Below, piece by piece: positions 30,828 through 39,751 of a stretch of 64,000 nt of DNA; within the stretch, counting starts at the first letter, position 1; each line of letters opens with the position of its first letter. Under the pieces are notes generated by a model. That model did not search any database and was not told the DNA's origin. It saw only the letters and a program-made list of their open reading frames with translations. The position numbers were made by a program, and so were the translations under genes. The stretch covers positions 5,143-69,142 of the forward strand of contig CAYXVG010000035.1 in the NCBI GenBank assembly GCA_964468205.1, given 5' to 3'. Origin of the DNA: an uncultured Solibacteraceae bacterium. GTDB taxonomy: Bacteria; Acidobacteriota; Terriglobia; Bryobacterales; Bryobacteraceae.

Positions 30828-33800
30828 ATGACGATTCGAATTCTGGCAGCAATCCTACTATCAGTTCCCATGTTTGCCGGACCGCCGGCGAACCAACTTG
30901 AAATCTTTGACACTTCCGGCTCTTCCCAATCGAGCCGTCCGGTTCGTTTCGGCCGAATGTACCATCAGGGCGATGTATGGCACGCCCCGAAACCGTCTGT
31001 TGCCGGACAGGCGATCACCGAGTGGCAAAGCACGGTCAAAACTCGCTGGCGGGATGGCTCGGCGTCGTGCGACATTACGGGCGCCACTAACGAAATGCCC
31101 ATCACCATAACCTGCGCGAATCATGGATTCCGGAATGGGGATCTCGTCAAAGTGTCGGGTGTTGCGGGCAACACTGCCGCCAACGGGACCTGGAAGGTGA
31201 TCCGGCGTTCCCGAAATCAATTCTTTCTGCGCGGTTCGGCCGGCAACGGAGGTTACTCTTCCGGAGGGACGGCCACCGGGCCGGGGCCGGGAAGCGTTAA
31301 ACACGCAATCACGGTATTCAATCTTCCGACTCTGGCAGCAGACGGTTCCGTTAGGGTGACCATGATTGACTCTGGTGGTGACCACTGCCATCTCGGCAGC
31401 AAAGCCACCTGTGAGGCGGCCGCGCTCACCGGAGTGCAGATGCTGGGGTGGGACAGCTCCGGGTGGGGTGCGAGTATCGAACTCACCCAGGGTACGAAGC
31501 AGATTGCAAACGCCCGGACGATGGTGAACGCGGGGGACTACGAGTACTGGATCATGGGGCCGGTACTGACGGAGGTAACTGTTCGGGACCACTCCCCCAG
31601 CCGGACCTACGACCTGGGGTGGGAGTGCCAGAGCCTGTGTACTGCGCCGGGTCCCTATGACTTCACCAGCAGCGGCGGCCTCCTAAACATCTCTACCGAC
31701 ACGTTCACGATTGCCGGCCACGGCTTCCAAAATGGCACGAGGATTAAGTTCTTTGACTACTGGAAATACGCTAAGTCGCTCACCGGCCTCGGCTACACCT
31801 GTTGGGTGGTAAACCGGACGGCGGACACCTTTCAGTGCAGCGCCACGCAGGGCGGAGCTGCGGCCGATATCACAGCCTACGCTGGCGCGAGCGGCTGGTA
31901 TCTTTACCACGACTACTCTTCGTCGACATGGAGTACCAGCGCCACGCATAGGAGCTTTTCGCCAGCGTTCGTCCTCTCGTTCTACAGCGCCTTGTCATCT
32001 TCGGTTCGTGTCGAGTACATCGGCGAGATTGTCTGGAAGGACCATCTGCAGGACCAGCGGTATGATCTGGCGTTGAAGTCGGCGTCTGACCTGAGCGTGA
32101 CCGAGTACGCGAAGACGGGATTCAACCACTTCGCCAAGACTCGCTGGCGGAAAGTGTACTGGGATGGAACTGAACCCGGAGCGGTAAATATTGACCACGG
32201 CGAATCCTATCTGGAGTACTCTGGCGCCATCCCGGTCTTTGCTGACGACGTCACTATCGACAGTGTCGAGGCGACGGTGATGCTGGGGCTAGCTGGAAAT
32301 AGCGAGGTGGACCTCGGAGAGGATGGGAACTATACGCGGGCCTTTGGCACCACCGGCGGCAGACCGGAACTGGGCCTGTTCCCGCGCTGGACCTCCACCT
32401 ACCTTCAGACATTCCATGAAGGGCTGTGGCAGGTGGTATGGGACCAGAGCAACGTTGCGGGTCACATCCCGATTCATTACCGGGAGTCAAACGCTGCCGG
32501 TGAGACCATCTACTTCGTTGACGTGGATGGGAATGGCACGACGCTCAACGACGCTGACGATAATGTGGCTGGGAACGAAGCTCACGGGCGGACGATCAGC
32601 CTGGACGCCAGACGAAGTCTCTTTATTAATAGTCTCACTGTCTGCTCGGGTTGCGCGGAGAGTTATGACGGCTGGAGCGTCGACATGGCGCACCAGCACT
32701 CGGCGATCTATGTCCCCTATCTTCTCTCCGGAGAATTGTACTTCTTGGAGGAACTCTATTTCTGGGCGGGGCGCAATCAACTCGCAGCCGACCCCGGACC
32801 GGGCAAGTGGCACCGGGGCCACCAGTACGGATTGATGAGTGATGGCCACCAGGTTCGAGGTGTGGGCCGTCCATTCCGTCACCTTGGCCGCGCGGCTCTC
32901 ATGGCTCCGGACGGAACCGTCGAGCAGGAGTACTTCATGAACAAGATCGAGAATCAGCTCATGGAGTGGGAAGGCCGGGGAAAACTGCATTTCCAAGGGG
33001 ATCATTTCATCCAGTTGATCGGAAACCCGGAAAACGATCCATGCGCCGGGTTCAACTACAGCGGTGTAGAGTGGGTGGACAAGAACCCCTTCTGTTACAG
33101 TGACTACCACCTGAAGTCCGGGGCGCTGGCCTTCAACCCTCTTGGCGTTCCGACTTGGCAGATCGAGAATATCCACTCATCCGGGGACATGGTCAATATC
33201 GACGCGGCACATCAGCAGTGGGAGCGGTCATTATGGCACGCCGGCGTCGGCCACCTGCGCGAGATGGGATTGAAGGCGGATCCGCTGATGCGCTATTGGA
33301 GCCGCTTCGTGTTTGCGTACTTTCATCCGGACCATAATCCCTATCTGGGCGTCAAACGATGGTCGCCCACGGAGATCGAAGGTGGCGGCTTCCCGCGTTC
33401 TGTCCTGCAGCACAGAGACGTTTGGAACGCAACCGGGCAAGCGTATGGTGCGACTAATATCGACCCGATCGAGAACTGTTGGGAAGACGGCTACTACTTC
33501 AACTTCCGCAGCGCACTCACCTTTTTCCAGCACTACCCGGTACCGCATTCCAACTTCCAAATGGCATGGGCGTGGTGGACCGATCAAAACAACATTCCGA
33601 ACGCGGAGCACCGATCGGCGGGCGCGTGTGAATCGGGCGACTACAATCAGGTCGTCTGGAACCACGCCCCCCGGTTCGATGCCACCAGAGTAAAGCAGGT
33701 TCAAACCGGAGCCTCTCAGGTTCTGCTTCGGTATGTGGCGCCAACGCAGTCACAGTGCACTATAAGCATCGATGATGATGAGCAGTTCTCCAGCCCCGTT

Positions 33801-34193
33801 ATATCAGCAAATGACGGCGGAGGCGCTCGCGAGCGCCAGTTCCTTGGCTCGGGCTTGCAGAACGGGCGCGAGTACTACTTCCGGATCACCTGCGAAGACG
33901 AACCGTTGGGGTATCCTCCAGCCACTGGAAGCGCGCTGACAGGGGGCACGATTGAGGCGACGATGTTCTTCTTGCGTGTCAATCCGGCGAGCGTCCCGTC
34001 TGTTACCGATGTTCTGGTTCGCTACGGCGCGCCGGCAACATCTTTGGATGAGAATACCGGCGAGATTCCCTGTGTCAGCGGCTGTACCGTCTCGTTGCCG
34101 GCCAGCCGGCGCGAAGCGATGAGTTATCAGGTTGACTATCTTACTAACGGTCAGGTTTTGCACTCGAGCCAGATTGAGACGGTGATCCCTTAA
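30828..34193 (+). CDS. Secreted 1121-aa protein of unknown function (possible glycan-active enzyme)
   Basis: ATG at 30828 has GGAGGA about 6 nt upstream and gives a signal peptide, MTIRILAAILLSVPMFAG. Two HGF-x-NG-type small inserted domains. The C-terminus looks Fn3-like (GREYYFRITCEDE). Confidence 0.75.
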   Translation: MTIRILAAILLSVPMFAGPPANQLEIFDTSGSSQSSRPVRFGRMYHQGDVWHAPKPSVAGQAITEWQSTVKTRWRDGSASCDITGATNEMPITITCANHGFRNGDLVKVSGVAGNTAANGTWKVIRRSRNQFFLRGSAGNGGYSSGGTATGPGPGSVKHAITVFNLPTLAADGSVRVTMIDSGGDHCHLGSKATCEAAALTGVQMLGWDSSGWGASIELTQGTKQIANARTMVNAGDYEYWIMGPVLTEVTVRDHSPSRTYDLGWECQSLCTAPGPYDFTSSGGLLNISTDTFTIAGHGFQNGTRIKFFDYWKYAKSLTGLGYTCWVVNRTADTFQCSATQGGAAADITAYAGASGWYLYHDYSSSTWSTSATHRSFSPAFVLSFYSALSSSVRVEYIGEIVWKDHLQDQRYDLALKSASDLSVTEYAKTGFNHFAKTRWRKVYWDGTEPGAVNIDHGESYLEYSGAIPVFADDVTIDSVEATVMLGLAGNSEVDLGEDGNYTRAFGTTGGRPELGLFPRWTSTYLQTFHEGLWQVVWDQSNVAGHIPIHYRESNAAGETIYFVDVDGNGTTLNDADDNVAGNEAHGRTISLDARRSLFINSLTVCSGCAESYDGWSVDMAHQHSAIYVPYLLSGELYFLEELYFWAGRNQLAADPGPGKWHRGHQYGLMSDGHQVRGVGRPFRHLGRAALMAPDGTVEQEYFMNKIENQLMEWEGRGKLHFQGDHFIQLIGNPENDPCAGFNYSGVEWVDKNPFCYSDYHLKSGALAFNPLGVPTWQIENIHSSGDMVNIDAAHQQWERSLWHAGVGHLREMGLKADPLMRYWSRFVFAYFHPDHNPYLGVKRWSPTEIEGGGFPRSVLQHRDVWNATGQAYGATNIDPIENCWEDGYYFNFRSALTFFQHYPVPHSNFQMAWAWWTDQNNIPNAEHRSAGACESGDYNQVVWNHAPRFDATRVKQVQTGASQVLLRYVAPTQSQCTISIDDDEQFSSPVISANDGGGARERQFLGSGLQNGREYYFRITCEDEPLGYPPATGSALTGGTIEATMFFLRVNPASVPSVTDVLVRYGAPATSLDENTGEIPCVSGCTVSLPASRREAMSYQVDYLTNGQVLHSSQIETVIP

Positions 34194-34233
34194 CGAGGCG
34201 ATTGTCACTCCGTCTAGATTTGTTACGGTAAGG

Positions 34234-34279
34234 CCGCCCGGCGCACCAGGAGGCTGATCTCCCCTGGAACGCCGGGCGG
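34234..34279 (+). terminator. Long GC hairpin downstream of the 1121-aa gene
   Basis: CCGCCCGGCG ... CGCCGGGCGG is a 10-bp outer stem with inner CCAGG/CCTGG pairing, 40 nt after the stop. Confidence 0.45.
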
Positions 34280-34449
34280 TGCATTTCCTATCTCCTTAGT
34301 CAGCACACTCCGCTGGAATAGTCATTCCCTCCGTTTGCCGGAAGAACAGCTCATAGGCCAGAGCGTATGATAGTTGCGAGGCAGAAGAACGTTCTTGCTC
34401 CTGGTCCGGAAACCAGCCGAATAGTGATTCAATAATCAGCGACGCCGTC

Positions 34450-35664
34450 ATGAGGCTCCGAATTCTCAGTCTCACCACCGTTTTCCCGAATCCCCTTGAT
34501 CCGCGGTCCGGTCTTTTTGTTCGTTCGCGCCTTCAGCATCTCGCGGATTATTGTGACGTGCGGGTTGTTTGCCCGGTCCCGGCGGCGGATTGGGCCGTCC
34601 TTCGCAATAAGAAGATTGCCGCGCGGCGGGCCGATCCGGGCTGGACTACCGATGGCAGATTGGAAGTCACCTATCCCCGTTGGTTCTACCCGCCGGGCGG
34701 AGGCGCGCTCAACGGCTATCTTTTGGCGGAGCAGATCGCCGGCCGAATCCGCCGTTTGCGCTCGTCATTCCGATTCGACATAATTGACGCCCACTTCGGG
34801 CATCCGGAAGGCGTCGCCGCCGCCCGGCTGGCCCAGAAACTCAACTGTCCTTTCGTCGTCACCCTACGCGGCCACGAACCGGTACACTCCCGCCATGCCT
34901 GGCGCCGCCGGGCCATGAGTTGGAGCCTGTGCCAGGCTGGCCGTGTGATCGCCGTATCCGGACGCCTGGCCAGCTTCGCCGCGAGCCAAGGAGTGATGCC
35001 GGAACGGATCCGTACGATCGGCAACGGTGTTAATAGCGAGGTCTTTCGAGCCCTTGACCGTTCGGAATGCCGGCGCAAGCATGGAGTTGAAGATGGCGTC
35101 AGGGTACTCCTCTCGGTTGGACATCTGGTCGAAGGGAAGGGGCATCATAGAGTGATTTCGGCATTGCCCAAACTTCCCAAAGACGTACGCTTGTGGATCG
35201 CCGGCGAGACCGGCCGGGGAGCTTCCTTCGAATCTCGGCTTAAGGGTCTCGCAAACCAACCGGAGATCGCGGGTGCAGTGCGGTTCCTCGGTGGCGTCTC
35301 CCCGGTTGTGCTGGCCGAGCTAATGAATGCCGCGGACTTGCTCTGCTTGGCAAGCGACCGGGAAGGCTGGCCCAATGTTGTCCACGAGGCGCTCAGTTGC
35401 GGGACTCCAGTGGTGGCGACCGACGTTGGAGCGGTGCCGGATCTGATTCCGGGCGAAGAATTCGGAATTGTGGTGGAGCCGGCGGACGACGTGGCGCTGG
35501 AGAAAGCGATGAGCGCCGCTCTCGCTAGAGAGTGGGATCGGGACGCTATTGCCGCATGGGGCCAGTCCCGCAGTTGGCGCCGTGTAGGCGCCGAGGTGTT
35601 CGCCGAGTTGGAAGCGGTCATCGGGGAGTGGGATTCGCGATCGCTTGGCGCTGGATCCCCTTGA
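34450..35664 (+). CDS. Glycosyltransferase family 4 (GT-B fold)
   Basis: 404 aa: MRLRILSLTTVFPNP.... The C-terminal half has the typical E-x7-E region (...ASDREGWPNVVHEALSCGTPVVATDVG...). Confidence 0.88.
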   Translation: MRLRILSLTTVFPNPLDPRSGLFVRSRLQHLADYCDVRVVCPVPAADWAVLRNKKIAARRADPGWTTDGRLEVTYPRWFYPPGGGALNGYLLAEQIAGRIRRLRSSFRFDIIDAHFGHPEGVAAARLAQKLNCPFVVTLRGHEPVHSRHAWRRRAMSWSLCQAGRVIAVSGRLASFAASQGVMPERIRTIGNGVNSEVFRALDRSECRRKHGVEDGVRVLLSVGHLVEGKGHHRVISALPKLPKDVRLWIAGETGRGASFESRLKGLANQPEIAGAVRFLGGVSPVVLAELMNAADLLCLASDREGWPNVVHEALSCGTPVVATDVGAVPDLIPGEEFGIVVEPADDVALEKAMSAALAREWDRDAIAAWGQSRSWRRVGAEVFAELEAVIGEWDSRSLGAGSP

Positions 35665-35827
35665 CCGAACCGCGGCCGTAGAGGCCGTTCTCTCTTGTCC
35701 ATCTTGCAGGTCGCCTTCCCGGGGGAGCCTTTCGATGACCGGTCAAGGGCTACGGCGGGCCGCTGCCTTGCGAGGATTCCGTCCTGAACGCATTGAGTGG
35801 GTTTGGGCGGGATAGAATGGGAGCACA

Positions 35828-37225
35828 ATGGAATACTCGGTAGATCTCACCCCCAAGCAAGTGCCGCCGGTGGAGACCCGGTTCAGGCGAATTCGAACCG
35901 CCATACCCGCGCCGGAATCGGTTCCAATCATAAAAAAGCTCTATGAGCTGGAGCCCCGGGCCCTGCAGGGGCAGCCGCCAGTGGTGTGGGACCGGGCCGA
36001 GGGCTTTCAGGTCTTCGATAACGCCGGTAATTGCTGGATCGACTGGTCCGCCGGCGTCCTGATCACGAACGCGGGCCACGGGCGGAAAGAAATCGTCGAT
36101 GCAATTCGGGAAATGATCGACAAGCCCCTTCTGACCACCTTCGCTTTCCCGAGTGAAATTAAGGCGCGGCTGGTGGAAAAACTCGCGTCACTTTATCCGG
36201 ATCCCCTGAACAAAGTGCTGGTTCTGTCAACTGGCTCAGAGGCGGTCGAAAATGCGATCAAGTTCACCCGAACGCATGGCTTGCGCGTGGGCGGACGCTC
36301 GAAGAACGTAATTGTCTCCTTTTCCGGAGCTTTTCATGGCCGGACCTTGGGTTCGCAACTGGCCGGCGGGATCCCTTCCCTCAAAGAGTGGATCGTGAAT
36401 CTCGACCCGGGTTTTGTCCAGGTTCCGTTTCCCGATGGATACCTGTGTGAGAACACCTCCTTTGATTACTTCCTGACCTGCCTCCGTGAGCAGGAAGTTG
36501 AACCGCGCGACGTCGCCGGCGTGATGCTCGAAACGTACCAGGGGGGTAACGCCAGCTTCGCGCCAGTGGAGTATATAAAGACGCTGCGTGAGTGGTGTAC
36601 CGGCCACAATGCCCTCCTGATTTTCGATGAGGTGCAGGCAGGCTTCGGGCGGACAGGCAAGTTTCACGCCTTCGAGCATTACGGTGTCGTGCCGGATCTT
36701 TGTACCGGCGGCAAGGGACTCTCCGGATCATTGCCCCAGTCCGCGCTGGCCGGGCGGGCCGACGTGATGGACCTCCATCCGCCACTCAGCATGACCAATA
36801 CTCATGCCGGCAGTCCGGTACCGTGCGCGGCGACGCTCGCCTCGATCGATCTGATACTCAGCGAAAAGCTCACGGAGAATTCGGCCCGGATGGGCGAGAT
36901 TCTCGATCGAAGACTAAAGGCGATGTGGGGGCGGCACAAGGAGATCGGCTTCGTCGCTTCGGGCCGGGGCTTGGTGGCGGGACTGGCGCTGGTGAAGCCG
37001 GGTACGAAGGAACCGGACGGCGCTTTGGCGAAAGACGTCACGTGGCGCTGTCTGGAGAAGGGTGTCCTGATGTTCGCGCCGGTGGGCGCCGGCATGGGGA
37101 CGCTGAAGATTTGCCCTCCGCTCGTGATCAATGAAGAAGCGATGACCGAGAGCCTGGATGTGTTCGAGGAGGCCTTCGCCGAAGCTGTGGCGGCGCGTGA
37201 GGGGGAGAAGGTCCACACTTCATGA
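35828..37225 (+). CDS. Class-III PLP-dependent aminotransferase
   Basis: 465 aa with STGSEAVENAIKF, FDEVQAGFGRTGK and the Lys motif TGGKGLSGSLP. Confidence 0.9.
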   Translation: MEYSVDLTPKQVPPVETRFRRIRTAIPAPESVPIIKKLYELEPRALQGQPPVVWDRAEGFQVFDNAGNCWIDWSAGVLITNAGHGRKEIVDAIREMIDKPLLTTFAFPSEIKARLVEKLASLYPDPLNKVLVLSTGSEAVENAIKFTRTHGLRVGGRSKNVIVSFSGAFHGRTLGSQLAGGIPSLKEWIVNLDPGFVQVPFPDGYLCENTSFDYFLTCLREQEVEPRDVAGVMLETYQGGNASFAPVEYIKTLREWCTGHNALLIFDEVQAGFGRTGKFHAFEHYGVVPDLCTGGKGLSGSLPQSALAGRADVMDLHPPLSMTNTHAGSPVPCAATLASIDLILSEKLTENSARMGEILDRRLKAMWGRHKEIGFVASGRGLVAGLALVKPGTKEPDGALAKDVTWRCLEKGVLMFAPVGAGMGTLKICPPLVINEEAMTESLDVFEEAFAEAVAAREGEKVHTS

Positions 37226-38463
37226 CCGTCCCCACCGTAACCATAGTCGGCGGCGGCATGATCACCAATGACCAGATCCTGCCCTCCTTCTATCACCTGC
37301 AGCGGCAGCGCGTCATTGGCGATATCTCCATTTGCGCGCTGAGCGCCCGGCCACTTCAGGCGCTGGCGAATTCCGCGGTGTTCTCCCGGACATTTCCAGG
37401 ACAGTCATTCCGCGCTTTTCCCGATCTCAGAGCCGACCCGGATGCGGCCGAGCCGGAGCTCTTCCGGAAGGTGGTCGCCGAGATGCCGGCGCGAAGCATT
37501 GTGGTAGTGGCCGTCCCGGACCAGTTGCACTACGACGTGGTGATGACAGCGCTCGGACACAACCAGCACGTGTTGGTTGTGAAACCGCTCGTGCTCAACG
37601 CAGGGGAAGGACTTGAGATCGAACGGGAGGCGCGCTCCCGCGGCCTGCTGGTCGGCATCGAGTATCACAAGCGCTTCGACGACCGCAGTCTGCTTGCGCG
37701 GCGGCGTTATCGCGAAGGACTTCTGGGCGAATTTAAGCTTGGCACATCATGCCTGCTTGAAAAGTGGTACTACCGGGAATCGAACTTCCAGAACTGGTGC
37801 ACCACGGAGAACTCCGACGCCTTTACTTACATCGGGTGCCACTACGTGGATCTGGTCCACTTCATCACCGGACTGCTGCCCGTTTCGGTGAGCGTCTACG
37901 GCGTGGTGGACCGTTACCCAAACGGCAAAGAAGGCTACCTCTGGACCGACGCCCGCGTCATCTGGAACAACGGCGCCTGTCTCAACGTCCAGAACGCTCT
38001 TGGCTTCCCGGACGATGCTCCGGGTTCCAACATGCAGGGCCTGACGATGTACTGCTCGAGCGGTACGAAAGGCGCTTGGATCGAGCACCGGGATCAATAT
38101 CGCGGCATAAAGCACTGCTACACCGAAGCGCCAGCGGCGCCGGGCCTCAATGCCTGCTCGGAACCAAACACGGACTACTTCCAGTACGTAGATCTCGGCG
38201 GTCCCGGCCTTGTGCCTTCCGGCTATGGCTATCGTTCCATCGAGTACATCGTTCAGGCAATTATCCGATTGGAAACGGCGCCGGACAAAGAACGGAACGC
38301 GCTGCTCGAACAGTTCGATTCCGCGGGCATTATGGCGACGCCGGCGAACAGCTTGCACAATGAGCTCGTGATTGAGGCTGGGCGGCGGTCAATTCTCAAC
38401 GGAGGCCGGGAAGCGCTGATCGAGTACTTGCCGAAGCCGCGGGTCCGGTTGCGGGAGTGGTGA
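37222..38463 (+). CDS. Gfo/Idh/MocA-family oxidoreductase (cytoplasmic)
   Basis: 413 aa. N-terminal Rossmann VTIVGGGMITND; VLVVKPL and EYHKRFD motifs. The start overlaps the aminotransferase stop by 4 nt (ATGA). Confidence 0.85.
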   Translation: MTVPTVTIVGGGMITNDQILPSFYHLQRQRVIGDISICALSARPLQALANSAVFSRTFPGQSFRAFPDLRADPDAAEPELFRKVVAEMPARSIVVVAVPDQLHYDVVMTALGHNQHVLVVKPLVLNAGEGLEIEREARSRGLLVGIEYHKRFDDRSLLARRRYREGLLGEFKLGTSCLLEKWYYRESNFQNWCTTENSDAFTYIGCHYVDLVHFITGLLPVSVSVYGVVDRYPNGKEGYLWTDARVIWNNGACLNVQNALGFPDDAPGSNMQGLTMYCSSGTKGAWIEHRDQYRGIKHCYTEAPAAPGLNACSEPNTDYFQYVDLGGPGLVPSGYGYRSIEYIVQAIIRLETAPDKERNALLEQFDSAGIMATPANSLHNELVIEAGRRSILNGGREALIEYLPKPRVRLREW

Positions 38464-38523
38464 CCGCTTCGCGGGGGCGGGGCCGCGGTTGGGGAGAATG
38501 AGGTGCAAAACCGCTTGCCTTGT

Positions 38524-39609
38524 CTACTGGAACGGCACGCGGACGGCGGCGGACTGGGCGCCTTCGACAACACGCCAATCGAAGACGAGAAAATTCTTGC
38601 CTTGCTCGTTCATGGCAATAAGGATCCCAGCGGGCAGTTCGGGACCAAGGAACGTTGACGTTGCTTCAATGCCGTCAGTGGAATCGGCAGGGCCCTTCAC
38701 CACCTTGACGACCTCGGAGTGGTCGTGCGGGTTTCCAATGGCTCCTTCGCGGCGGAACAGAACGTACTGACTGTTTTTCGTCCGCTGATCGGTGCAGATG
38801 ATATAGCCTGTACCGCTGTCTTCCTTGTAGATGGCGATGCCTTCCCGATCACCCCGGAATCCAGTAGTACCGAACAGGGCCAGTTCGCGGCTTGCGGCAG
38901 GATAGTCGGGGTCGGCCGCCCATTTTCGGATGCCGCGCCCCTCGTCGGCGTAATAGACGAAGCTGAGCTCGTCGTCGACGGCGATCGCCTCGATCTCACT
39001 CTTCCCGCTGAACGTCCCGAATTCCCGGACCTTCGTGCCACGGATTCCGTTGGAGCCGTCGTCTTCGAGCAAATACTGCCACAGGTAGTCTTCCTTTGGA
39101 CCTGACTTTCGGCTAACCACGGCGAATACGGCGCTGTCGGTTGGCCGTTTGTATAGTCCGATGCCCATCGGTTCCGAGGCTTCGCCCCTCTGGCCCTCGA
39201 AAACCGGGACGGCGCCGATCTCGCGAAGATCGCCACCTTCCGCGGGAATGTGAAAGATCCGCAAGCGATGCTGGTAGCGCTCTGTTACGACGGCGATATC
39301 CAACGGCGTGCCGTTGAATAGGAAGCCATATTCGACGTCCACGTTATTAGGACGGTCAATTCCCTTGATCGTCTGGCGCATCCTCCCGTCCAGGCCGAAC
39401 ACGTGCAGCGCTCCATTAGGCGCCGCAACCTTGTTTGTTCCAAGAATGAGACTCTTCCCGGGATCCTCGGGATGCAACCAGATTGCCGGGTCATCAGGGT
39501 CATCCGGGACTGGGTCAGTGGCGTAGGTAGCCTCAATTTCAACCGCATCATATTGGACCGGTGGAGCGCACCCCGCGAGGAGGATTGCGATGGCTAGGAA
39601 TGAGCGCAT
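38524..39609 (-). CDS. Beta-propeller phytase (3-phytase, BPP family), lipoprotein
   Basis: Lipobox ILLAGC. DPVPDDPDDPAIWLHPEDPGKSLILGTNK and EGIAIY... are typical BPP motifs. Confidence 0.85.
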   Translation of the reverse strand: MRSFLAIAILLAGCAPPVQYDAVEIEATYATDPVPDDPDDPAIWLHPEDPGKSLILGTNKVAAPNGALHVFGLDGRMRQTIKGIDRPNNVDVEYGFLFNGTPLDIAVVTERYQHRLRIFHIPAEGGDLREIGAVPVFEGQRGEASEPMGIGLYKRPTDSAVFAVVSRKSGPKEDYLWQYLLEDDGSNGIRGTKVREFGTFSGKSEIEAIAVDDELSFVYYADEGRGIRKWAADPDYPAASRELALFGTTGFRGDREGIAIYKEDSGTGYIICTDQRTKNSQYVLFRREGAIGNPHDHSEVVKVVKGPADSTDGIEATSTFLGPELPAGILIAMNEQGKNFLVFDWRVVEGAQSAAVRVPFQ

Positions 39610-39660
39610 GAACCCTGTAAATTACCACATCCACGTTGCGAGCTCATCGCAGTAACCTCT

Positions 39661-39678
39661 CTGTCACGCAACTGTACT
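39661..39678 (+). promoter_or_regulatory. Pho-box-like direct repeat in the phytase/receptor divergent intergenic region
   Basis: CTGTCAC-GCAA-CTGTACT, compared with the E. coli Pho box CTGTCAT-N4-CTGTCAT. Sits 74 nt upstream of the receptor ATG. Resemblance only. Confidence 0.25.
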
Positions 39679-39751
39679 TCATAGTTCAAGTTCACTTGCT
39701 ACACTCCGTGTTCAACGAGGTTGTTCTGCAGTACTCCCGGAGACACTTCAC

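Noticed and set aside
29728-34449. Lower GC of the fibre-like/1121-aa gene pair as evidence of horizontal transfer.
   Set aside because: Hand counts on a few 60-nt lines gave about 53-57% here against about 58-77% in the flanks. Similar values (about 52-58%) occur in the second receptor gene, so the dip is not distinctive without a proper sliding-window calculation.
34296-34478. 60-aa minus-strand ORF in the gap before the GT4 gene.
   Set aside because: It overlaps the GT4 start, has no ribosome-binding site or recognisable features, and sits at the track length cutoff.
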